Below, piece after piece: positions 17,764 to 26,144 of a DNA stretch of 32,000 nt (positions are counted from its first letter, which is position 1; every line of letters starts with the position of its first letter). The translations under genes were made by a program, and so were the position numbers. Location of the stretch: positions 2,430,001 through 2,462,000 of the forward strand of contig CP091279.1 in the NCBI GenBank assembly GCA_021650915.1, written 5' to 3'. Under the pieces are notes generated by a model, which was not told the DNA's origin, ran no database searches, and saw nothing but the letters and a program-made list of their open reading frames with translations. This DNA is from Candidatus Brocadia sp. (GTDB taxonomy: Bacteria > Planctomycetota > Brocadiia > Brocadiales > Brocadiaceae).

Positions 17764-17918
17764 AAATCCTTGAGCCGTTATTTAATTTTTAAGATGCGCC
17801 TCTCAGCCTCCTTCTATTCCCATAAAAATTTCTCTTGGTTTTCTGCCTTTTTCTATGCTATATTTTTGAAAAGGCATTTTCTCCGCATCTTTTTTACACA
17901 AGAAAGAAGATATCGCTT

Positions 17919-18158
17919 ATGGACAACCGTATAGAAGCGAATCCGGATATATGTCATGGTCAACCCTGTATAAAAGGGACACGGATTATGGTATATATCA
18001 TCATCGAACTTCTCGAATCTGGTTTAACACCCGATGACATTGTAAAGGATTATTATCCACAGATAACAAAAGACGACATAAAGCAATGTTTGCATTATGC
18101 CGCTTCACTTATTAAGGATCAGGAATATATTCCGTTTGAAGAGGCAACACAACATTGA
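17919..18158 (+). CDS. DUF433-family antitoxin-like protein
   Basis: 79 aa from the ATG at 17919 (MDNRIEANPDICHGQPCIKGTRIMVYIIIELLESGLTPDDIVKDYYPQITKDDIKQCLHYA). The PxICxGxPxIxGTRI and DIxxALxYA patterns are typical of DUF433. The track's earlier start (17835) adds a hydrophobic junk leader. Confidence 0.8.
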   Translation: MDNRIEANPDICHGQPCIKGTRIMVYIIIELLESGLTPDDIVKDYYPQITKDDIKQCLHYAASLIKDQEYIPFEEATQH

Positions 18159-18505
18159 GATTCCTTGCGGATGAGAATATATTTCCCTCTCTTGTATCGC
18201 ATCTTCTCAAATCCGGGCACGACATTAAAGCTATTCAGGAATTTTGCCTTCACGGGGCAACAGATGATACGATTGTTGATTTGGCAATAAAGGAAGAAAG
18301 AACTATCATAACCTTTGATAAACATTTTGGTGATATTCTCAGGTATCCTCCACAAAATTTATTTGGTACCATCCTTATACGGATTCACCCTCCTCTGTTA
18401 GAAGACATCCTTTTCGCAATAGATAACCTCTTTCAGGCCTACCATGCCAATACCTTCAAGGGAAGGCTTGTCGTGTTATCTAAACAGGGCTATAGAATAC
18501 GGTAG
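18155..18505 (+). CDS. DUF5615-family PIN-like putative toxin
   Basis: 116 aa (MRFLADENIFPSLVSHLLKSGHDIKAI...ATDDTIVDLAIKEERTIITFDKHFG). The TTG start overlaps the antitoxin TGA by 4 nt. DUF433 followed by DUF5615 is a recurrent type II TA-like pair. Confidence 0.75.
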   Translation: MRFLADENIFPSLVSHLLKSGHDIKAIQEFCLHGATDDTIVDLAIKEERTIITFDKHFGDILRYPPQNLFGTILIRIHPPLLEDILFAIDNLFQAYHANTFKGRLVVLSKQGYRIR

Positions 18506-18546
18506 TTGGGTAAATTGGGTGGTAGAGCGTAAGTGAAACCCAACAG

Positions 18547-18609
18547 CAACCATTCGTAACGTTGAAATTCGTTGGGTTTCATTTCATTCAATCCAACCTA
18601 CCCCGGCTC
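18547..18609 (+). repeat. 63-bp direct repeat, copy B
   Basis: CAACCATTCGTAACGTTGAAATTCGTTGGGTTTCATTTCATTCAATCCAACCTACCCCGGCTC, in the same orientation as copy A. The two copies bracket the 783-bp TA segment. Confidence 0.75.
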
Positions 18610-18623
18610 CTTATCACAGCAGC

Positions 18624-18644
18624 GTAGGGCGGTTTGAGACCTAC
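18624..18644. repeat. Short GTAG-headed element
   Basis: GTAGGGCGGTTTGAGACCTAC. It looks like a truncated relative of the GGGGC-AGGTTTGAAACCT-GCCCC-TAC element at 28267-28293. Confidence 0.35.
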
Positions 18645-18749
18645 TCCTAAAATCGATCTCGAAGGACATGCCTTCATCTTTTGTACAGCATCAAGCAAAT
18701 TATTTTTCCCCGTCCTCCGCACCGCTATTGCCTGTTCTTGGCGCCGTTG

Positions 18750-19343
18750 TTATTGATTTCTGCTCTGATTTGTTGCTCCGGATGCCTTTTCTATCTCTTT
18801 CAGCGCCGTTTGAAACTCGCTCGCCCACATCTGCGTCTCATTCTTTACCATTTCCCGTATTTTCAAGATAAATTCTTTGCATAACAAAAGGGCTTCTTTT
18901 GCCTGTTCCGGAGTGGAAACACTACCTGAATATGCAAGCCTGTTCTTCTCCCAGTCGAAACAAAAGGTTTCCAGTAACCGATCCAGTTCCATCTGGGTAA
19001 TCATGTACCTCACCCAACCACTGGTCAACCCTGCAAACCGGTCCAGTGCAATAAGAATAGCGGCAACTGCTATCGCTATGGTAGCCCACAGAGGATTGAG
19101 TCTTTCTGTAAGAAAGATCTGGCTCAACACGGGAATAACACCTGATACGCCGGTTACAATGATGGCGCTCATACGCAAACTATATCCCCATACCCTTTTA
19201 CTCCGGCGCTTCTCGTCGTACCACGTTATCGCCTTCCTGGTTTCCCGTACAACGTACTCATATAGCTTTTTCAACGAAACGTCCCATTCGTTTGAATTCC
19301 AGGACAACACAGGAAATGAATTTTCATCTTTGTTGTTTGACAT
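18750..19343 (-). CDS. SLATT/DUF4231-like two-TM protein (putative membrane effector)
   Basis: 197 aa from the ATG at 19343 (RBS AAGGAAG plus a 10-nt spacer). AITWYDEKRRSKRVWGYSLRMSAIIVTGVSGVIPVL then PLWATIAIAVAAILIALDRFAGLTSGWVRYMITQMELDRLLETF matches the DUF4231/SLATT layout I remember: WY-x-K...K/R, TM1, short loop, TM2, then a W-x-x-Y/R helix. The track start at 19385 is a TTG inside the ISL3 inverted repeat and is spurious. Confidence 0.65.
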   Translation of the reverse strand: MSNNKDENSFPVLSWNSNEWDVSLKKLYEYVVRETRKAITWYDEKRRSKRVWGYSLRMSAIIVTGVSGVIPVLSQIFLTERLNPLWATIAIAVAAILIALDRFAGLTSGWVRYMITQMELDRLLETFCFDWEKNRLAYSGSVSTPEQAKEALLLCKEFILKIREMVKNETQMWASEFQTALKEIEKASGATNQSRNQ

Positions 19344-19370
19344 GGAAAGCATTCTTCCTTTCTCTAAAAA

Positions 19371-20705
19371 GGGTTCTTCTCCCAATTAGTCAATAAGAAT
19401 TGAGAAGAAAATCCTTTAAATCATTGAAAAGAGTGGACATTTGGTGTTTCCTATAGATAGATATATACCGTTATAGAAACTATTTACAGGAGACCAGCAA
19501 TGTCCCCATTAAGTATATTACCATATTTTCCTTTTCAGCGGGTAAGAATTACGAAGCAAACTGTTTTTCCTGATGCTGAGATATCTCAGCTTACTGCCGT
19601 GCCCGATGAACGATTTCGCCCAATATGTCATGCGTGTGGCAGCAAAGCACAGCGCATTTACCGCCATGACAAACGATCTTTGCGGGATCTGAATCCTGGT
19701 TCAGTTCGCGTATGGATACATTGTTCGTATCGTAAGATAGCCTGTGAGCCATGCAATCGAATCGTAGTTGAAGACTTGGGTTTTTTTCAACCCTACAGTC
19801 GTGTTACGCATCGTTTAGCAGCGTATATTCACGAATTGTGTAAAGTGTTAGCCGTAACCGAAGTTGCAAAACATTTTGGAATTAACTGGAAAACCGTAAA
19901 AACCATCGATACGTTTTTTCTGGAACGACAATACGCGCAGACAGATTATCAGAATCTTCGCATACTGGCGGTAGACGAAATCTCTGTTAAGAAGGGACAG
20001 CGCTATTTGACCGTTGTTCTGGACTATCTGAGTGGCCGCGTAGTCTGGGTGGGAAAGGAAAGAACAAAAGAAACCCTGGGAACCTTCTTTGCGGGTATGA
20101 CAGAGGAACAAAGGCAGGCGCTTGAGGCCATTGCCATGGATATGTGGGATCCTTATATTCATGCAGTAAAAAAGCACGTGCCTCATGTTAAGATAGTCTT
20201 TGACCTGTTTCATGTGGTTTCAAGTTTTGGTAAAGTTATTGACAAGGTGAGAAATGCTGAATATCAAAAAGCATCGAAGAAGGATAAGGACATCATCAAG
20301 GGTTCAAAATATCTTTTGTTAAAAAACAAACGAAATATTCGCAGGAAAAAACACCGAGAACATCTCAAACAGCTCTTGTCGCTCAATGAAACCATAAATA
20401 CCGTTCTGATTCTTAAAGATAAACTCAAACATATTTGGACCTATACCTCACGGACGTGGGCGAGAAAAGCCATTGATGTAGCGAAAACACTAAACTATTC
20501 TGTCGTGAATAAGTTTGCAAATATGCTTACAAAATACCGCTACGGAATCTTGAATCACTGCGATTATAAAATTCATACCAGTAAACTCGAAGGGGTTAAT
20601 AATAAGATCAAAGTTATCAAAAGAAAAGCTTATGGATTTCATGACGAACGGTACTTTTCATTAAAAATTATACAAGCTTTTGCAAACTAATTGGGAGAAG
20701 AACCC
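19371..20705 (+). mobile_element. ISL3-family insertion sequence, 1335 bp, apparently intact
   Basis: Perfect 20-bp terminal inverted repeats: GGGTTCTTCTCCCAATTAGT (19371-19390) and ACTAATTGGGAGAAGAACCC (20686-20705). They enclose one uninterrupted transposase ORF. The flanking 8-mers (TCTAAAAA and TAAGAAGA) do not form a clean target-site duplication. Confidence 0.9.
19500..20690 (+). CDS. ISL3-family transposase
   Basis: 396 aa with an N-terminal zinc finger (CHACGSKAQRIYRHDKRSLRDL...CSYRKIACEPCNRIV), an HTH region and a DDE core (LAVDEISVKKGQRYLTVVLD, AIAMDMWDPY, SKLEGVNNKIKVIKRKAYGF). Confidence 0.95.
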   Translation: MSPLSILPYFPFQRVRITKQTVFPDAEISQLTAVPDERFRPICHACGSKAQRIYRHDKRSLRDLNPGSVRVWIHCSYRKIACEPCNRIVVEDLGFFQPYSRVTHRLAAYIHELCKVLAVTEVAKHFGINWKTVKTIDTFFLERQYAQTDYQNLRILAVDEISVKKGQRYLTVVLDYLSGRVVWVGKERTKETLGTFFAGMTEEQRQALEAIAMDMWDPYIHAVKKHVPHVKIVFDLFHVVSSFGKVIDKVRNAEYQKASKKDKDIIKGSKYLLLKNKRNIRRKKHREHLKQLLSLNETINTVLILKDKLKHIWTYTSRTWARKAIDVAKTLNYSVVNKFANMLTKYRYGILNHCDYKIHTSKLEGVNNKIKVIKRKAYGFHDERYFSLKIIQAFAN

Positions 20706-20779
20706 TAAGAAGATGTAACCGGCACAGTTAAATCACCATGACAACGCCCATCCTCACCCTCTGCACACGATAATTCTCT

Positions 20780-20904
20780 GTAGGGTGGATTAAGGCGATT
20801 GTCTTGTATCGCCGTATCCACCTTACCCTCAGTTGCGCATTTGTAATTTTATTTTGGTGGATTCGCTTCGCCCTTCGCAAACTCAGGACAGGCTTAATCC
20901 ACCC
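20780..20904. repeat. Two GGTGGAT...ATCCACC REP-like hairpins
   Basis: GTAGGGTGGATTAAGGCGATTGTCTTGTATCGCCGTATCCACCTTAC (20780-20826) and GGTGGATTCGCTTCGCCCTTCGCAAACTCAGGACAGGCTTAATCCACCC (20856-20904). They lie between the STAND gene stop and the ISL3 right end. Confidence 0.6.
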
Positions 20905-20924
20905 GCCTTTACAGGGTAAAAGAA

Positions 20925-22991
20925 TCAAAGTTTAAGAGTCCTGGCGCAACGAAATCCAACATCGCTGCGTCTGCCGAACGGTACGCCATGGTTACGACTT
21001 GTGCACTGATAGTCATAATCTCCACTGCCCCAGGAGCCGCCGCGCAAAACACGCATTTCAGCCTTATCATACCAACTATCTGTCCATTCCCATACATTTC
21101 CTACCACGTCCGAGATACCTTCTGGTGTGTCTCCTTTTTTGAAAATACCCACTGGTGAGGTTTTTTGCAGACCAATTTCCCAATTATTGCATCTCAGCTT
21201 GTCCCAGCCATTATCCCACGGATACACCCGCCTCTCAATACCAGATGCCACTACCTGCCATTCCTGCTCTGTAGGAAGACGATAGATGTACCTGTCGTCT
21301 TTGGTTAGCCAGTTGCAAAAGGCATACGCTTCGTACCATGAAATACCCACAACGGGAGAATTCGGACACTTCCATTTACGCTCATGCCAGTATCGAGGAA
21401 ATTTTTCTTGTTGTTGCTCAAGCCATTTCTGCCCGTGTGGGCTCCAATATTCGGGCTTTTCATATCCTTTAGCATCAACAAACTCCTTATACCACTGGTT
21501 GGTAACCGGATATTTGCATATTTCAAAGGGGGAAATATCAACCTTACCCAAGCCTTCTAAATCATATTCTCCCCCTTCAATTAGTACAAATTTTTTTAAA
21601 TCCCTAGGATCACCTAGCAAACCCAGAATTTCTCCAGCCTCAGTAAGTATTTTAGAGTCTTGTTCAAGTTTTTGCTCAAATATTGAACATAAGCATTCCT
21701 GCGCCAGCTTAACGACCTTTGAGTCTCTCATGTCTGGATGAATGTCCAATAAACAATTACAAGCCAATCGCCAATTTCGGAAAGGACTTGAATCATGGGA
21801 GCGTAACTTGTCTTCCACAATGCCAACAGCAATTGCGTTTGCAGTGTTGCTTAAATGACCAATGAACAATTCTATCATTTCTTTAAACCAGTCATTATCC
21901 CAATATTTTTCATTAATTACCTTAGCATGGTCACGTTCAAACATCGCTATTTTCCTTGCCATCAGGAATTCCTGAAAAGTCAGATGCCAGAAGCGATATT
22001 GCCCGCCCTCCAGTCTTAACAAGCCACAGTTTTGTTCTATTTTATCGAATTCATTTATCAGTCTAAGCTCGTGCTGCGTTTTTGTTTCGTCCTTTTCCCT
22101 TCCAAAAATAGTTTCCATGACTCTCAGGGCTAAGGCTTTATCAAATCCTATTTTACTTGCGTCGAAGTCCTTCCCCAGCTTTCCCTGTTTTGCAGTGTGC
22201 ACTTCATACGCCAACTCCATTAAAAACCTCAAAACTTCATTTGGATTGGAAAAACGCTTGTGGATGAGATTGCTTATGACTTTTTCGTAGAGGTCAGCCC
22301 GTTGTTCTGGCAATTTTTTGTCGTAATGATAGAGAACGCACGCTGCCGTAAGCATCAATGGGGTTGTAATTAATTCTTCCACATTCTGATGTTCCTTAAT
22401 TTCACTACACATCATGGAAGATGTTTTCCCTTTGGCTTGCAGTTCGCGGTCGAATTTGCACCATTTGTCGATGAAAAGTTCTACCTGGTTTAAGTTAAGA
22501 GGATTGATTTCCACCCGTTTTTCGCCGAACTGGTTATTGACTGCTGCGTCTATACCGTGGAGTCTGCCCGATAGCACCATTTTATTACAATGATAATCAG
22601 TTCTGAGGGTAGCCAACGATTCAACCACAATTTTCCTAAATTCTGGCTCAATTTCATCCAGCCCGTCAATTAAAAAAATTGCTCGTTTTTCTTTACAGTA
22701 TGCCTTGACAAGTTCGATGGTCAGCCCGTGTTTTGCCGCCTGAAAATAACCAGACAAGAGTTCTTCTGCCGTGCCGGTACCAGAAATAAGGTTTGCCGGT
22801 TTCTTTATCTGCGGCAGATCACGTAAAAACACCAATATCGGTAAAAAGCCATTTAAACCTGCTTTGTTTTTGTCATTTACTATAGAGCTGGCGCATAAGC
22901 GAAAAGATTCGTTGTAAATCAGGGAGAAGAGGCGATAGGACGGGGTAATAATTTTGTAAAGTCTACAAAAAGATATCAAGAACGGCAGCAT
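20925..22991 (-). pseudogene. C-terminal fragment of an IS-split STAND NTPase: NACHT (post-Walker A) - helical/HEAT-like - FGE/SUMF1-type domain
   Basis: FLPILVFLRDL, Walker B AIFLIDGLDEI, HEAT-like AGEILGLLGDPRD, and a complete FGE-sulfatase-type domain (ICKYPVTNQWYKEFV, VVGISWYEAYAFCNWL, YRLPTEQEWQ, GNVWEWT, RVLRGGSW, VGFRCAR). Residues 1-37 of the called ORF (22886-22991) are read-through of the IS left end. Gene-derived sequence runs 20925-22885. Confidence 0.85.
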
Positions 22992-24934
22992 GAAAAGGCT
23001 TGTTTTTCAGGGGAGATGAAAAAATATTTGAAGAAAAGAGGGGAAAAATTACAAAATAGTCGTGCCCATCTTGTATAATAAATCAGGCAAACTATTCGAA
23101 ATACCATACAAGGGAGGGCACAGTGAAATGATACCATTATTGAGGAACACAAGCCAGCAAAAACCATTATTCCATATCATTCATGAAGACGACAGATATT
23201 TGCTGAATACCGATGATGCGGAGTGGTTTCAGGTATTGTACCATTTTCGATACGAAAGATATGTGGGGTTTGGAGTAGACTATTATAATGCGCTGCATGA
23301 ATTTAACCAGAAGCAGGCCAGGGAGCGAGAAGAGCGAGGAGTTGAGGGGGAGAAAGATGCGAGGGAGACCAAGGAGGAAGCGCGGCAGAGATTGCTCTTT
23401 TCACGGGTAACCATGCAGGCAGAGGGTGAGAGAGGAGAAGGGGTTTTATTCGAGGTAAAAAGAGAAGATTTGTCGCTATCGGGGGTATCTCCGGAGAGTA
23501 TAGCGCCTGGCAAGGTGCCATTTCGATTTGGGGGGGAAAAAGCCGAAGTGTTTTTTTGCTTTGCTGAAGAGTTTTATCGGTGCAACGATAATGGGGTTTC
23601 CCGCCGAGCCGGAAAAGGTGTACCGGTTATTGAAGAGCAATCCCAGTTTTGCGCGGGTATGTGGATTTATTCCCAGACACGTCAGGGACGAGTATTGCAG
23701 TGAGCACATACCAAGCCTTCGGAAGCTGGAGCAGTTTGACCAGATCATGAAAGAAAGCGGGATATGGGCGAGGATAAAAGTGGAAGAGGTGAAAGCGAAC
23801 ATAACGAGTGGGATCATAAGAAAGGAAAATGAGTTGGTGGGAGACACGACCCATTATTACGCGTATTCGGGCTTTGAGACCGTAGTATATAAAGATGCGA
23901 GTGGCAAAGAGCAGAAGAAATCGCAGTCAAAGGTAACCAAGAGGTGTGGTTGCGAAGATAAGCAGGGGTGCAGTCATTCGTGGGGATTGAGTGATGATGG
24001 GGCGGGGACAATCGTAAAATCCGGGGGAAAGATGTATTGGGGTCACAAGGCAAGTGTGCTTGGGTATCCCCGTCAAGGGATACCCTTAGATGCGCGTGCG
24101 ATAAAGGATGCGGCGACCTTTGATGGAATGACCTTATACCCGCACGTGAAGGAAGTCTTTGAGATGTATCCGGAGATTCAACCGTCGGTAGAAAGGGTAT
24201 TGTATGATAGCGCAGGCGATAGTGATGAAATCAAGAAGAAATTCAGGGAGGATCTGGGTATAGAGGTAAAGGTGTCTTTCAATCCAAGAAGGAAAAAGGA
24301 GATCACGGAAGATTTGCCACGAGGAATAGACAAGATTACACCGTATGGTATTCCGGTGTGTAAGGCGGGATACGAGATGGAATATCAGGGGGATGAGATA
24401 CGAACATGAGAAGTTTATCTATCAAGCGCCAAAGGATTCAGACAATGCGCCGGTATGTCGCGCTTGTTATCATCGCGAGGATTGTTGCCCAAACGCTACC
24501 GGTGGCAGGATAATCAATATCTCGTTTGATCTCTTGCCACACATAGACCCCAAAGACCCTCCGATGGCGAAGAGGTACAAGGCCATCATGTCCCGTCGTC
24601 CTGCGGTGGAAAGGATGATAAAACGGTTGAAGTGTGACTTTGGGGATGATCGGCTCACGAAGCGGGGAAACGATTCGTTCCAGGCATACCTGGATAAAAC
24701 CATGATTGCGTTTCATGTCTTGTTAAGAAACTAAATCTGGTTTTCAGCGTAAAAGAGTCGTCGTGTGGAGGGATGGTACGTCTGGAATTCGGCTTATTTG
24801 GTCTGGTGTCCTCTGACGAATCGTTTTTCTCTCTCTCTTTGACCTCGCTTTTGAGTGAAATCCGTTTCTCTGTCAATGCACACATGATGCAGTTCCGCCT
24901 TTTCATGGCTTGTTTTTTAGTTTATGCGCAGGCT
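22886..24934 (+). mobile_element. IS4-superfamily insertion sequence (IS1634-like by size and TSD), 2049 bp, transposase frameshifted
   Basis: Flanked by a 6-bp direct repeat CTATAG (22880-22885 and 24935-24940). Imperfect terminal inverted repeats are AGCTGGCGCATAA (22886-22898) and TTATGCGCAGGCT (24922-24934), matching 11/13 and about 17/22 when extended. Excision plus one repeat copy equals 2055 bp and restores the host ORF in frame. Confidence 0.75.
23128..24734 (+). pseudogene. DDE transposase (DDE_Tnp_1/IS4-like) broken into three frames
   Basis: Frame 1 runs from the ATG at 23128 (RBS AAGGGAGGG). Frame 2 (23528-24409) carries LVGDTTHYYA, WGHKASV and LYDSAGDSDE. Frame 3 (24345-24734) carries RPAVERMIKRLKCDFG...RLTKRG...YLDKTMIAFHVL. 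Both junctions sit in G-runs (G7 at 23530-23536, G5 at 24388-24392). Deleting one G at each fuses the frames (...FRFGGKKPKCFFALLKSF..., ...EYQGMRYEHEKF...) into a protein of about 535 aa. Confidence 0.75.
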
Positions 24935-25865
24935 CTATAGTATAAGCCAGATACTTGAGTAAGGTTGTTTTACCAGAGCCTGCCTGCCCGCTTATTAACA
25001 AGTACTCATGCTCAGCTATAAGAGTTTCGATATCAACGGCAGATTGCCCTTTTTCTATCTCTTTTTGTTCTTGTTTTGTTTTTTTGCCTATCTGCTCGGT
25101 ATAGAAGGGAATAAACATTTCCGCCTTTGTTTTTTTATCCGGCGGTGCTGCATAGAGGGGAATAAATGTCTCCGGCAAGGTTAAACTAATCAGTCCCTTG
25201 TCCTTCGTGTCAACCAGTTTATCAATATCCATTTTTTCGCAACGCATGGATATCCAGTTTTTGTAGGTCGGAGGGATGATTAATGGTAGTTCCGTTTCAG
25301 GGATCAGTTTCGAAATTTTGCCATTGATTTTTTCCCACCCCTTTGCGCTTTCCGCAGTCCATTTTTCCAGATGATCCTTGATTTTCACGCAAAAGTCATC
25401 GGTTGTGGAAAATTCCTCAAACAACAGCAATTTTTCTTCTTCAATCTTGTCCTTTAAATCCAGCACCTTTGTCAGTTGGGGGTCTTCCTGTTCCTTCCTG
25501 GAGCGAATCTGTACCTCTTTGAAATAAGTCATAATATGAGGCTTCTTCAATGACTTCCAGGAATCATAGGCAAGGAGAAATTCTTCCAGGGTGCCCGATG
25601 CTTCTTTTCCCGTAGGAGAACCAAACCGTTTGTGAAATATGCACACAAAGATATCACACTCTTCTACAAGCCGGTTTATAAGCTCCTGTGGGCGGCCGGG
25701 AGACGGGAATGCATCTTCCCATCCTATGGCCTGAAATGAGATCCCGTAGGGTTTAAGGAGCGCGCTTTTATTTAAATCTTCACAGATTTCACGCACAACC
25801 GTTCGTTCTGCCGTCACGTCTCCGGGAGACGCGATAAAAACGCTGATTTCTTTTTTGTCTTTCAT
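24903..25865 (-). pseudogene. N-terminal fragment of the IS-split STAND NTPase: DUF4062-like domain, linker, NACHT Walker A
   Basis: ISVFIASPGDVTAERTVVREICEDL...ECDIFVCIFHKRFGSPTG fits the DUF4062 pattern (VFISS..D...ER...CD.yv.i...RyGs). The pre-NACHT region reads YKNWISMRCEKMDIDKL...LTLPETFIPLY, and Walker A is ISGQAGSGKTTLLKYLAYTI. The last 10 codons (EPAHKLKNKP-stop, 24903-24934) are IS sequence. The start is set at the ATG at 25865 because the track's TTG (25940) and the next ATG (25931) fall inside the predicted promoter. Confidence 0.8.
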
Positions 25866-25911
25866 TGTAATGGAGATTGATTGCGGCGTAGCCGCACCAA
25901 TGTTAAGGTGT

Positions 25912-25940
25912 AATGTACATCTTTTTTGCATACCTGTCAA
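25912..25940 (-). promoter_or_regulatory. Sigma70-type promoter for the STAND NTPase gene
   Basis: The minus strand reads TTGACA (25940-25935), a 17-nt spacer GGTATGCAAAAAAGATG, then TACATT (25917-25912). This is about 45 nt upstream of the ATG at 25865. Confidence 0.4.
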
Positions 25941-26059
25941 TCATCTGATTCCCGGAGAAAATCATTCCTTTCAAATATCTGACCGTACGAAAATTCCAAA
26001 TCCTGCAACCGTTTCATTTTTTGAAAAATTCCGGCAGTGTTTTCACTCTGCGAAACAAC

Positions 26060-26088
26060 TTGACATGGCGTTGCCAATTCCTTAATAT
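26060..26088 (+). promoter_or_regulatory. Sigma70-type promoter for the DUF423 gene
   Basis: TTGACA (26060-26065), a 17-nt spacer, then TAATAT (26083-26088), about 55 nt upstream of the ATG at 26145, which has the RBS AAAGGAAAG. Confidence 0.45.
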
Positions 26089-26144
26089 GTCGGCGTATTG
26101 ACGATTGTATTGATAAAGCAGAGTGCGAAAGGAAAGAATAGCGC

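Noticed and set aside
17571-20904. Possible CRISPR array suggested by recurring GGTGGAT...ATCCACC and GTTGGGTT...AACCCAAC units.
   Set aside because: The copies are few, differ in sequence and length, and are irregularly spaced and interleaved with genes. They are internally palindromic REP-like elements, not direct repeats separated by unique spacers. No cas genes are present.
23062-23703. 213-aa ORF called as a separate gene upstream of the transposase.
   Set aside because: Its 3' part overlaps the transposase frame, and removing one G from the G7 run fuses the two. It is best read as the N-terminal part of one frameshifted transposase, starting at the ATG at 23128.
22990-24917. Alternative IS boundaries: an 11-bp direct repeat GGCTTGTTTTT (22997-23007 and 24907-24917) and a 10-bp inverted repeat ATGAAAAGGC/GCCTTTTCAT (22990-22999 and 24897-24906).
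   Set aside because: Treating the 11-mer as the target duplication (removing 1910 bp) puts the two NACHT halves out of frame, with a stop after ...KNKPFHAAVLDIFL. The 10-bp IR model has no flanking duplication and leaves about 65 implausible residues between Walker A and the next strand. The outer CTATAG model restores a normal NACHT. These inner repeats may be subterminal IS features or traces of a nested event, which I cannot resolve by eye.
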